The notes under the pieces: model-generated
Database searches by the model: none
What the model was told of the DNA's origin: nothing
Seen by the model: only the letters and a program-made list of their open reading frames with translations
Assembly (NCBI GenBank): GCA_050742955.1
Contig: JBOGDY010000001.1
Coordinates: 1 to 36,539 of the forward strand
From: Actinomycetes bacterium
GTDB lineage: Bacteria > Actinomycetota > Actinomycetes > JACCUZ01
Direction of reading: 5' to 3'
Length of the DNA stretch: 36,539 nucleotides
In this document: positions 7,883 to 15,472 of the stretch, in pieces
How the letters are laid out: each line of letters opens with the position of its first letter
Position numbering within the stretch: the stretch's first letter is position 1
Position numbers and translations under genes: made by a program

Positions 7883-10540
7883 ATGGCTCGGGTGCGTTCA
7901 GGGGTCTCCACGTCGCCGTCGGCGCTGGATCGGACTCACGACACGCGAGTCGACCTTCCGGCCCTGCCGGACTGGGTCGTGCCGCGACCCAGGCTGTCCG
8001 CGGTCCTGTCGGAGGGCACCGGCCGCCTCCTCACCGTCGTCACGGGGCCCGCAGGGGCGGGAAAGACGATCTCCGTCGCGTCATGGGCGGCGGACTCCGA
8101 CCACACAGGCCCGATCGTCTGGCTGAACTGCGGCGGGGTCGACGGCCCTCCTGCATTCTGGAACGACCTGCGCCAGCTGCTGGTGCGGGCCGGTCCGGGT
8201 GTCGGCCGCGACGCTGCGCCTGGGGACCGCGTAACCGCCGCCCGGGCGCTGTCCGACGAGCTGGCCCGCCTACCAGAGCCGTGCGTGGCCGTCCTAGACG
8301 ACTTCCACCTGGTTGGCGAGCGGGAGATCTTCGACGGGCTCGACGATCTTCTGCAGCGGACGCATGGCAACCTCCGACTCGTGCTGGTCTCTCGGACCGA
8401 CCCGGAGCTGGCCCTGCACCGCTACCGGCTGGCCGGCGAGCTCACCGAGCTGCGTGCCGCGGACCTCGTCCTCCGGCGGGACGAGACAGCACTTCTCCTG
8501 GCCCAGCACGGAGTGCGGCTGTCTGATCAGCGGCTGGACACCCTGCTGGCGCGGGCGGAAGGCTGGGCGGCCGGCGTGCGACTCGCCGCCCTGTCGCTGC
8601 AGGCCCATCCTGATCCGGCGTCGTTCACCGAGGCGTTCGCCCAGACCGATCAAGCTGTCTCGGACTACCTGTTCCAGGAGGTCTTCGCGCGAGTCCCACG
8701 CGCCGTCCGCGACTTCCTCCTACGTACGAGCGTTGTCGACGAGCTGCACCCCGGGCTGGCCCGGGCTCTCGCCGGCGATGGCACCGGCGTGGACCTGCAG
8801 CTCATCGAGCGAACGAACACGTTCCTCCAACGCGGTCCGGACGGCTCCTACCGCTATCACTCCTTGTTCTCCACGGCCGCCAAGGCCCAGCTGCAGCATG
8901 ACGCGCCCGGCCTTGAGGCCGACCTCAACGCCCGCGCCGCCCGGTGGTACGCGGACCACGACGCACTGCCGCAGGCCGTGCATCACGGTGCCATCGCGGG
9001 CGAGTGGGAGTGGGTGGCAGGCCTGGTAGTGGGGTCGGTCGCGGTGCCGGGCCTCTTGGTGGGCGACCCGGACCACCTGCTTTCCGATCTCAGGCAGCTC
9101 CCTTCGAGCGAGTGGGCGCGTCCTGACTCCCTCCTGCTGACCAGTGCCCTCGCCTCCGTGGACGAACGGGATACGACGGCCGCCCTCACCCTGCATCGCG
9201 CGGAATCCCTGCAGTCCGCACCTGACAACAGCACCCTGCCGGCGTTGGTCACCGCTTCGGTCCTTCGGCTCGTGGCCGCCAGGCGGCTGGGGCTCGTCGA
9301 CGAGGGACTTGCCGAAGCGGAGGACCTGCGCACCTCGGCCGCAGGTCTTCCTCCCGCCGTCCAAGCGGCGAGACCGGAGCTGTTCGGTTTCCTGCTCGCG
9401 CACCGCGGGACCTTCGAGTTGTGGAGGGGCTGGTTCGACGAGGCGGCCGCCACCCTGTCGGCCGGTGCCCGCGTCCTCGACGACTGGCCGACATCCCGGC
9501 ACCTGCGCGACGACTGCCTCGGCCAGCTGGCCCTCCTGCACGCCATCAGAGGCCATCTCGTGCAGGCCGACGCTGTGGGTCGCCAGGTGACCGTCGGGCC
9601 GGCGGGCGCCGGAGCCTCGGGTCTGACCCTTGAGGCGGAGCTCGCACTGGCGTGGTGTCACATCGAGCGGGCGGAGGTGGCCAGCGCGCGTCGACGGCTG
9701 GACCGGGTGCGCGACGCCCTGCGCGAGCACCCCAACCCCATGATGGATGTCGCCCACTGTGTCGCCGAGGTCCGCCTGCTCGGACTCACCGGCGACCTGC
9801 AGGCCGCTCTCGAGGTGTTCTCGTCACGGCACCGGCAGGGTGCGCCGACCGCCTGGCTGGACAACCAGCTGGTCATCGCAGGTGCGGAGGCGCTGGCATC
9901 GTTCGGTGAACCCCACCAGGCCCTGGCGACCGTCGCGCGGCACGCGGAGAAGTCGTCGATCGAGGCGGCAGTGCTGACCGCCCGCGTCAGGCTGGCGCTG
10001 GGTGACCTGCGCGGGGCCCGGTCAGCCCTGGCCTCCGCCCTGCCGAGGATCGTGGATGCCCCGGTGGGTGTCCGCGTCGATGCATGGCTGCTGGAGGCTC
10101 ACCTGGCCTTCGACGAGGGGCGGGTCGAGAGGATGCACGTGCTGCTGGAACGTGCACTGCGTGCCGGCGCAGCGGAAGACCTCCGGCGCCCGTTCGGTCG
10201 GGCGGGTCCCTGGCTGCGGCGGGCGATCCGGCTGGACACGGACCTGCTGCGCTCCTGGCGGGCGTTCGTCGCGCCGTCGCTCGCGGACTCCCCGATCCCC
10301 GAGCCGCGTCACGAGCCGTCGCCTGTGAGCGGTCCGAGCCCGCTGCCCGAGCCCCTGACGGACCGGGAGCAGGAGGTGCTCACCCTCCTCGCGGAGTTCC
10401 TCTCGACAGAGGAGATCGCCGGGGCGCTCTTCCTTTCGGTGAACACGGTCAAGACCCATCTCAAGAGCCTGTATCGCAAGCTAGGCGCCGGGCGGCGTGT
10501 CGACGCAGTGCGCACCGGTCGTGATCTCGGACTCTGCTGA
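7883..10540 (+). CDS. LAL/MalT-type large ATP-binding LuxR-family transcriptional regulator, second tandem paralogue.
   Basis: ORF 7853..10540. ATG 7883 is preceded by GGGAGGA. It has Walker A TGPAGAGKTI, Walker B VAVLDDFH and a C-terminal LuxR HTH (LTDREQEVLTLL...EIAGALFLSVNTVKTHLKSLYRKLG). Confidence 0.88.
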   Translation: MARVRSGVSTSPSALDRTHDTRVDLPALPDWVVPRPRLSAVLSEGTGRLLTVVTGPAGAGKTISVASWAADSDHTGPIVWLNCGGVDGPPAFWNDLRQLLVRAGPGVGRDAAPGDRVTAARALSDELARLPEPCVAVLDDFHLVGEREIFDGLDDLLQRTHGNLRLVLVSRTDPELALHRYRLAGELTELRAADLVLRRDETALLLAQHGVRLSDQRLDTLLARAEGWAAGVRLAALSLQAHPDPASFTEAFAQTDQAVSDYLFQEVFARVPRAVRDFLLRTSVVDELHPGLARALAGDGTGVDLQLIERTNTFLQRGPDGSYRYHSLFSTAAKAQLQHDAPGLEADLNARAARWYADHDALPQAVHHGAIAGEWEWVAGLVVGSVAVPGLLVGDPDHLLSDLRQLPSSEWARPDSLLLTSALASVDERDTTAALTLHRAESLQSAPDNSTLPALVTASVLRLVAARRLGLVDEGLAEAEDLRTSAAGLPPAVQAARPELFGFLLAHRGTFELWRGWFDEAAATLSAGARVLDDWPTSRHLRDDCLGQLALLHAIRGHLVQADAVGRQVTVGPAGAGASGLTLEAELALAWCHIERAEVASARRRLDRVRDALREHPNPMMDVAHCVAEVRLLGLTGDLQAALEVFSSRHRQGAPTAWLDNQLVIAGAEALASFGEPHQALATVARHAEKSSIEAAVLTARVRLALGDLRGARSALASALPRIVDAPVGVRVDAWLLEAHLAFDEGRVERMHVLLERALRAGAAEDLRRPFGRAGPWLRRAIRLDTDLLRSWRAFVAPSLADSPIPEPRHEPSPVSGPSPLPEPLTDREQEVLTLLAEFLSTEEIAGALFLSVNTVKTHLKSLYRKLGAGRRVDAVRTGRDLGLC

Positions 10541-10553
10541 CCCGCCCTCACGG

Positions 10554-10578
10554 CTCCTCACCCACGAAGGGTGAGGAG
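10554..10578 (+). terminator. Stem-loop immediately after the second LAL regulator gene.
   Basis: Perfect 10-bp stem CTCCTCACCC / GGGTGAGGAG with a 5-nt loop ACGAA, 14 nt after the stop codon. There is no T-tract, as is usual in high-GC actinomycetes. Confidence 0.5.
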
Positions 10579-10593
10579 AGCCCACGCGTAAGG

Positions 10594-11151
10594 GTGAACT
10601 CTGCAGGCGTGCCGAGCCCGCGGCCAAGTCCGGTGCGACCGTGGTTGCTGCGGCCCCATCTGCTCGGCGGTCGCCGTCACTCCGACGGCCACTACGCGGC
10701 CAGAAGCGTGTACGGAGCCATCGTCGTGCTGGCCATGTTGCTCGCGCTGGAGGAGCATCCTCCGGGCCCCTTCCAGGCCGCGCTGGTGGTTGCCGGGACA
10801 GTGCTGGCTGTGCTGGTGGCAGAGGCGTACGCCGAGCTCCTCGGCCTCGAGGTGGGCCTGGGTCGGCCGGCCTCCCGCGCGGAGCGACGGGCCAAGCTGC
10901 GTGACCTCGGCGTGATGACGATTGCCGCCGAGGGGCCGGTGCTGGTCTTCGTGCTCGCCGGGCTCGGCCTGATCGACGAGGATCGGGCGTTCCGGCTGGC
11001 CGTGTGGATCACCATCGGAATGCTGTTCCTCGAAGGCTTCCTCGCCCGGCGGATGTCCGGCCGGTCGCTGCCGGAATCGCTGCGCAGTGCCTGCGCCGTC
11101 GGCGGCATCGGCATAGCGCTGGCCGTCTTCAAGCACTTCGCGCACGGTTGA
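10594..11151 (+). CDS. Integral membrane protein of unknown function.
   Basis: ORF with a GTG start (alternative GTG at 10633). It has 4-5 hydrophobic segments (YGAIVVLAMLLAL, AALVVAGTVLAVLVAEAY, GPVLVFVLAGLGLI, LAVWITIGMLFLEGFL, VGGIGIALAVF). GC3 is high. Confidence 0.6.
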   Translation: MNSAGVPSPRPSPVRPWLLRPHLLGGRRHSDGHYAARSVYGAIVVLAMLLALEEHPPGPFQAALVVAGTVLAVLVAEAYAELLGLEVGLGRPASRAERRAKLRDLGVMTIAAEGPVLVFVLAGLGLIDEDRAFRLAVWITIGMLFLEGFLARRMSGRSLPESLRSACAVGGIGIALAVFKHFAHG

Positions 11152-11778
11152 TCACTGCGACTGAGGTGGTCCGCTGACCGCACCGGGCACGGAGCTCCGC
11201 ACGCTGGCGCTACTGCCGAGAGCGCGCAGCGCCGTCCCGACGAAGAGGAGATTGAAGAGCATATGAGCAGTCACAATTGCGCGCGCTGCCGTACCAACCG
11301 GGTGGATGTCCCCGAAGCCGACCGTTGACACGATCGTCATCGCGAAGTACAACGCGTCCGTTCGGTTGTCGATCCCCTCGATCTGCCCGGGGGTCGTCGC
11401 ATCGAGCCGGTAGTAGACGGATGCGAAGACAAGGACGATCAGGTAGAGCGCGGTGAGCAGCGCTTCGATCCTGGCGAGGATGGGTCTGCTGCCTGTGCGC
11501 AGGGCACGCACCTGCGCGCGCACGACGAGAGCCACACCGAGCAGTCCGAGTGCGGTCCCGCCGGTGCGCACGCCTCCGTCGATGCCACTGGGCGCCTGGT
11601 CGGGAAGGAGGTAGTACGAGACCGTGAGCAACGCGAGCATCAGCGTGCTGCGGGCGAGCAGGCGGGCCAGCCCGCGCATGAGGCGTCGCTGGTGCTCCGC
11701 GGCACTCGAGCCCGGCGGGCGGGAGCCGCCCGGGTCGGGTCGCGGGGACAGTTCCTCCCTCGCCGGCGGCACGTCCAC
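11152..11778 (-). CDS. Two-TM potassium channel family protein.
   Basis: It carries the K+ selectivity filter TVGFGD (MTIVSTVGFGDIHPVG) flanked by TM helices. The exact start is uncertain (GTG 11778 or GTG 11772). Its stop abuts the stop of the convergent gene at 11151. Confidence 0.8.
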   Translation of the reverse strand: MDVPPAREELSPRPDPGGSRPPGSSAAEHQRRLMRGLARLLARSTLMLALLTVSYYLLPDQAPSGIDGGVRTGGTALGLLGVALVVRAQVRALRTGSRPILARIEALLTALYLIVLVFASVYYRLDATTPGQIEGIDNRTDALYFAMTIVSTVGFGDIHPVGTAARAIVTAHMLFNLLFVGTALRALGSSASVRSSVPGAVSGPPQSQ

Positions 11779-11829
11779 AACCCCTCATGATCCGCAGGGA
11801 GGACTCCGGCATGACCACCCGCGCCGGGT

Positions 11830-11865
11830 GAGACGCGCGGGCTGTCACCTGAGGAGGCGCGTCTC
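11830..11865 (-). terminator. Stem-loop between the small hypothetical gene and the K+ channel gene, possibly a terminator or attenuator.
   Basis: Perfect 9-bp inverted repeat GAGACGCGC (11830-11838) / GCGCGTCTC (11857-11865) with an 18-nt loop. Confidence 0.3.
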
Positions 11866-11873
11866 GACATGCC

Positions 11874-12140
11874 TCAGTTGAGCGCCGCGACGACGGCTCG
11901 CTCGTTGTCGCACTCCGCCTGACGGAGGTGCTCTGACGCAGCCGGGTCCCTGGCCGCGAACCTCAGTGCGACGTGACGGAGGTCCTCGATCGGCAGCGAA
12001 CGGGTGCTCGACTCGTCGACCACGCGCCAGCGCAGCCCGGCGCGTTGGGCCCGGAGGGCCAGGTCCAGTGCAACGACCGGCGAGACGACGACGAACTCGG
12101 CCGGATCGCCGAGCGCGTCCAGGATCTCGACGACGTACAT
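11874..12140 (-). CDS. Small hypothetical protein (88 aa).
   Basis: ORF 11874..12245. The internal ATG at 12140 is preceded by AGGAGC. No motif was recognised. Confidence 0.45.
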   Translation of the reverse strand: MYVVEILDALGDPAEFVVVSPVVALDLALRAQRAGLRWRVVDESSTRSLPIEDLRHVALRFAARDPAASEHLRQAECDNERAVVAALN

Positions 12141-12255
12141 GAACACGCTCCTGCTGACCTGCGCGGCGTTTGGCAACCGCCCTGATTGTCCGCTTTGTCC
12201 CCTGCCGGAAGCAGCACGAAACCAGCGATCAGCAGGCACCGCCATTGGTGGCCGC

Positions 12256-12621
12256 TCAGGCCGCCTGACGCGCGGCGGGCCGCAAGGCGAAGTTCAGCAC
12301 GGTGGAGACCACGGAGATCAGGATCGCGGCCGCGAGAGCCGGCAGGAATCCGTCGACCGAGAGGTCGTCCGAGATCCAGTCGGTCACGCTCACGAGGACC
12401 GCGTTCACGACCAAGGCGAACAGACCCAAGGTCATCAGGGTGAGTGGCAGCGTGAGGATCCGAAGGATCGTGCCGAGCAGGACGTTGACGAGGCTGAAGA
12501 CCAGCGCGATGCCGATCAGCGCGAATGCTCCGCCGTCCACATCGACCTTGGGAATCAGCAACGCGGTGAGCCATATCGCCACGGCCAGGATCATCCAGCG
12601 AACCAGTAGGTAGGCGAGCAT
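12256..12621 (-). CDS. Phage-holin-family (Phage_holin_4_2 / DUF360) four-TM membrane protein.
   Basis: ORF 12256..12777. The internal ATG at 12621 is preceded by GGGGAGAGG. The sequence ...WLTALLIPKVDVDGGAFALIGIALVFSLVNVLLGTILRILTLPLTLMTLGLFALVVNAV... matches the DUF360 pattern. Confidence 0.75.
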   Translation of the reverse strand: MLAYLLVRWMILAVAIWLTALLIPKVDVDGGAFALIGIALVFSLVNVLLGTILRILTLPLTLMTLGLFALVVNAVLVSVTDWISDDLSVDGFLPALAAAILISVVSTVLNFALRPAARQAA

Positions 12622-12686
12622 GCGCCTCTCCCCGGAGCGGGACGGACAGTTGCTCGACACGGTCCTGCTCGTGACCGACGCCCGGC

Positions 12687-13892
12687 TCACCCGCCCGGGG
12701 TGGTTTGCCCGGCGAGCTCGGCGAGGAGCCGATCGATGCGGACCAGGCCCAGGTAGCGGCCGTCCTCCGTGGTGCACACGACCGGGTCGAAGCGGTACGG
12801 GGCCGGGCGCGTGACGGCGCGCAGCGCCAGTTCCCGCAGCGGGGTCGTCACGAACGCGCGGAGCGTGACCGGGGTCGTCCGCACGATCCGGTTGCCTGTC
12901 CCGTCCTCCTCCATGTGCGCGAGCGCGATGGGTCGACTGACCCGATCCAGGACCACCGTCACGACCACCTCGCCCGACTGCGCAGCCGGCGCCACCGGTG
13001 CGGTCGGCAGCCCGTGGGGGTCCATGACGGGCGCGTCCTCGAGCAGGGCCTCGGCGACGTCGGTGTAGAGGTGCAGCGACGCTCGCGACCTAACTCGCTG
13101 CACGGTCGGGGTCGGCAGCGCCGACCACGGAGCGTCCGGCCGGCCGAGCAGCCAACCTTGCGCTAGGGGCACACCGAGGGCGATGAGCCGATCGAGCTCC
13201 GGGACCCGTTCCACGCCCTCTGCCAGCAGGAGCGCGTCGAGCCGGGACGCAACGGTGGTGAGGAACTCGGCGAAGACGGCCTTCACCTCATCCCTGTCGA
13301 GGCGGTCGACGAACGCCCGGTCGAGCTTGATCACGTCTGGGCGCAGGTCCGCGATCTGACGCAGGCCCGAGTACCCCGTCCCCGTGTCGTCGAGTGCGAT
13401 CCTCGCCCCGCGGGCCCGCAGCCAGTCGAGATGCCTCACCAGGGCGTCGGTCTCGCCGTACGGCACATGCTCGGTCAGCTCCACCACCACGTTGCCGAGG
13501 TCGCCCGGCCGCCCGAAAGCCGCCCGGACCGGCGCAGTGTGCAGCAACCGCGGGCTCACGTTCACGCTCAGGAAGGCGCCCGCCGGCAGGTCGGACTTCG
13601 CCTCCAGCGCCTTGCCCAGAGCATGCGCCTCAAGGTCGGCGCCCAGGCCGTGCTCAGCAGCGGCGGCGAACCACTGGTCCGGGCGGGCACCGGGACCGGC
13701 CGGGAACCGGGACAGCGCCTCGTAGCCGGCGGTCACGCCTCGATGCAGGTCGACGATAGGTTGGAAGACCGTCCGCAACGCGGTCGCCGACTCGAGGATC
13801 GAGCGGACCGCCGGTGCATCCAGCTCGTTGGCCCCGACGGCTGCTGGGTTGGCCGGCCCGCGGGTGGCGTCGCCGTGGCTGAGCACCGTCAC
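12687..13892 (-). CDS. EAL-domain c-di-GMP phosphodiesterase with a C-terminal CBS-like extension and no GGDEF domain.
   Basis: EAL-domain motifs appear in order: FQPIVDL, GYEALSRF, ELTE, LDDTGTGYSGL, DVIKLD, AEGVE, AQGWLLGRP. The ~130-aa C-terminal region resembles a CBS pair. Confidence 0.88.
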   Translation of the reverse strand: MTVLSHGDATRGPANPAAVGANELDAPAVRSILESATALRTVFQPIVDLHRGVTAGYEALSRFPAGPGARPDQWFAAAAEHGLGADLEAHALGKALEAKSDLPAGAFLSVNVSPRLLHTAPVRAAFGRPGDLGNVVVELTEHVPYGETDALVRHLDWLRARGARIALDDTGTGYSGLRQIADLRPDVIKLDRAFVDRLDRDEVKAVFAEFLTTVASRLDALLLAEGVERVPELDRLIALGVPLAQGWLLGRPDAPWSALPTPTVQRVRSRASLHLYTDVAEALLEDAPVMDPHGLPTAPVAPAAQSGEVVVTVVLDRVSRPIALAHMEEDGTGNRIVRTTPVTLRAFVTTPLRELALRAVTRPAPYRFDPVVCTTEDGRYLGLVRIDRLLAELAGQTTPGG

Positions 13893-13968
13893 TCGCCCAA
13901 CATCGACCAGATCGGGGCATACCTTGACGACCGGACTCCGCCGGCCGCCCCGCCGCGGCAGGGGCTGC

Positions 13969-14940
13969 CTAGCCTGGGACCAGGACCGGATAGCGGTAGC
14001 GCAGCAGCAGGGGCAGGGTGAGGGAGGCGACCACGGCCTGCCGCCGTCGGCTCATGGCACGGGCCCATTCGTCGTCGGCCCGGATTGACACCTCACCGAT
14101 CGTGAACCGCCGCGGGTTGCCTGCGACGGTGTGATTGGCATGCAGTCGCACGGTCGCGCCGTCACCCATGGCTGGCACCTCTCGTTCCCCAAGCCACGTG
14201 CACACCCGTCGGAGCTCAGCCTCTGGCGCCACGACGAAGTCCTCGTAACGCACCGCCAGCCACCTACTGGCAGGGACGTGCCGGCACAGCAGCTCGCAGC
14301 CGAGATTGCTCTCCAGCCAACGACCGGCACTGTGTGTCAGAGACCGTTTCGCCATGTCACCGCGCCTGCCGTCGACGGTAGGCAAGGGCTTGACCCGCCC
14401 CCAGGAGAACGCGACGGCCCGCGGGTCGCGCACCAGATGCAGGACGTAGTGGTCGACCGACCGCAGTCCTCCGAGCACGGCGGCGTCGACGGGTCGTTTG
14501 GAAGCGTCGATCACCACCCGTGCCCCGGTGGTCGCAGCGATGGCGTCGATCAGGTCAGCGGTGTGTGATCGGAGCTGTACGACGTCGCGGGAGGCGCCTG
14601 TCTCACGATCGGCGGACCGGACCACGTGGACCCGCCGACTGCGCGCCGCTACCCGCCGCTGCACGGCGACGATCTCGGCAATGCGCTGACTCGGCAAGGC
14701 CTGTCCGGGCTCGGTGATCACGTCGCCGAGCGCCTTGCGCACGACTTCGGACCACTGCGGACAACGGGCCGGCGGCAGCCCGCAGCCACACGGTCGCTGT
14801 TCCAGCAGCCCGCGCTGCCACAGCCAACGCAGTTCGCCGACGTTGAGGAACCCCGGGATCTCGCCAAGGATCTGGGCCAGCAGTGTGCTGCCGCTTCGAC
14901 CCGGACCGACGATGGAGACCACTTTGACCGGCGCCGTCAT
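13969..14940 (-). CDS. Sulfotransferase family protein.
   Basis: It has an N-terminal PAPS-binding P-loop-like motif (VSIVGPGRSGSTLL) and a sulfotransferase-like body (HLVRDPRAVAFS). Confidence 0.78.
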   Translation of the reverse strand: MTAPVKVVSIVGPGRSGSTLLAQILGEIPGFLNVGELRWLWQRGLLEQRPCGCGLPPARCPQWSEVVRKALGDVITEPGQALPSQRIAEIVAVQRRVAARSRRVHVVRSADRETGASRDVVQLRSHTADLIDAIAATTGARVVIDASKRPVDAAVLGGLRSVDHYVLHLVRDPRAVAFSWGRVKPLPTVDGRRGDMAKRSLTHSAGRWLESNLGCELLCRHVPASRWLAVRYEDFVVAPEAELRRVCTWLGEREVPAMGDGATVRLHANHTVAGNPRRFTIGEVSIRADDEWARAMSRRRQAVVASLTLPLLLRYRYPVLVPG

Positions 14941-15395
14941 GTGACACCCCGTCCTTTGACGCCAGTCGGCGTGTGGATGAGCGCCGGAGCCCTCCTATGT
15001 GAGTTCAGGATCGGGCCCCGATGCTGAGGGGTCCATTGTGCATCGGTCCTAGTGCCCGCCGCAGTTTTTCGTGCCTGCGCGAGATCGCGTGGTGGGCGGT
15101 CGCGGCGGGAGTCGAGGCGCCCCTTGCCTCGGTTCACTCACCGCAGGCGCCGCCGCGCTGCCCCCGACTAGGCGACGGCTAGGCGGCTGCCGTTGACAGC
15201 CTGCTCGGCCAACTTCGGCCGCCGCAGCTTCGGCCGTCAGTTCCACGTGCCGTCGACAACTAATCCAGACCCGCTCTTCGACGGAATGCCGTCAACTGGC
15301 CCAAGGTGGGCATCGCAACAGGGCCGAAAGCCCTCCGGTCTGCCTCGGCGGTGGACCCATTCAAGGCGCTGCGCCTAGAGGCAGGGCGTCCCCAG

Positions 15396-15439
15396 GACCA
15401 TGCGTTGATGGTCATGGGGCCTGGCTAGATGGAGGCCCC
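15396..15439 (-). terminator. Two adjacent stem-loops downstream of the P-type ATPase gene.
   Basis: GGGGCC/GGCCCC stem (15416-15439, 12-nt loop) and GACCAT/ATGGTC stem (15396-15413, 6-nt loop). They begin 34 nt after the ATPase stop codon (15473). Confidence 0.4.
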
Positions 15440-15472
15440 GCGCGAGACTCTCCCGCAAGCCGCGTCACAGAG

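Noticed and set aside
15193-15378. Short ORFs inside the 532-bp gap (15193..15378 +, 15049..15246 -, 14937..15137 -), considered as possible small genes.
   Set aside because: They have non-canonical or SD-less starts and Arg/Pro-rich, low-complexity products, with no coding-like GC3 pattern distinguishable by eye.
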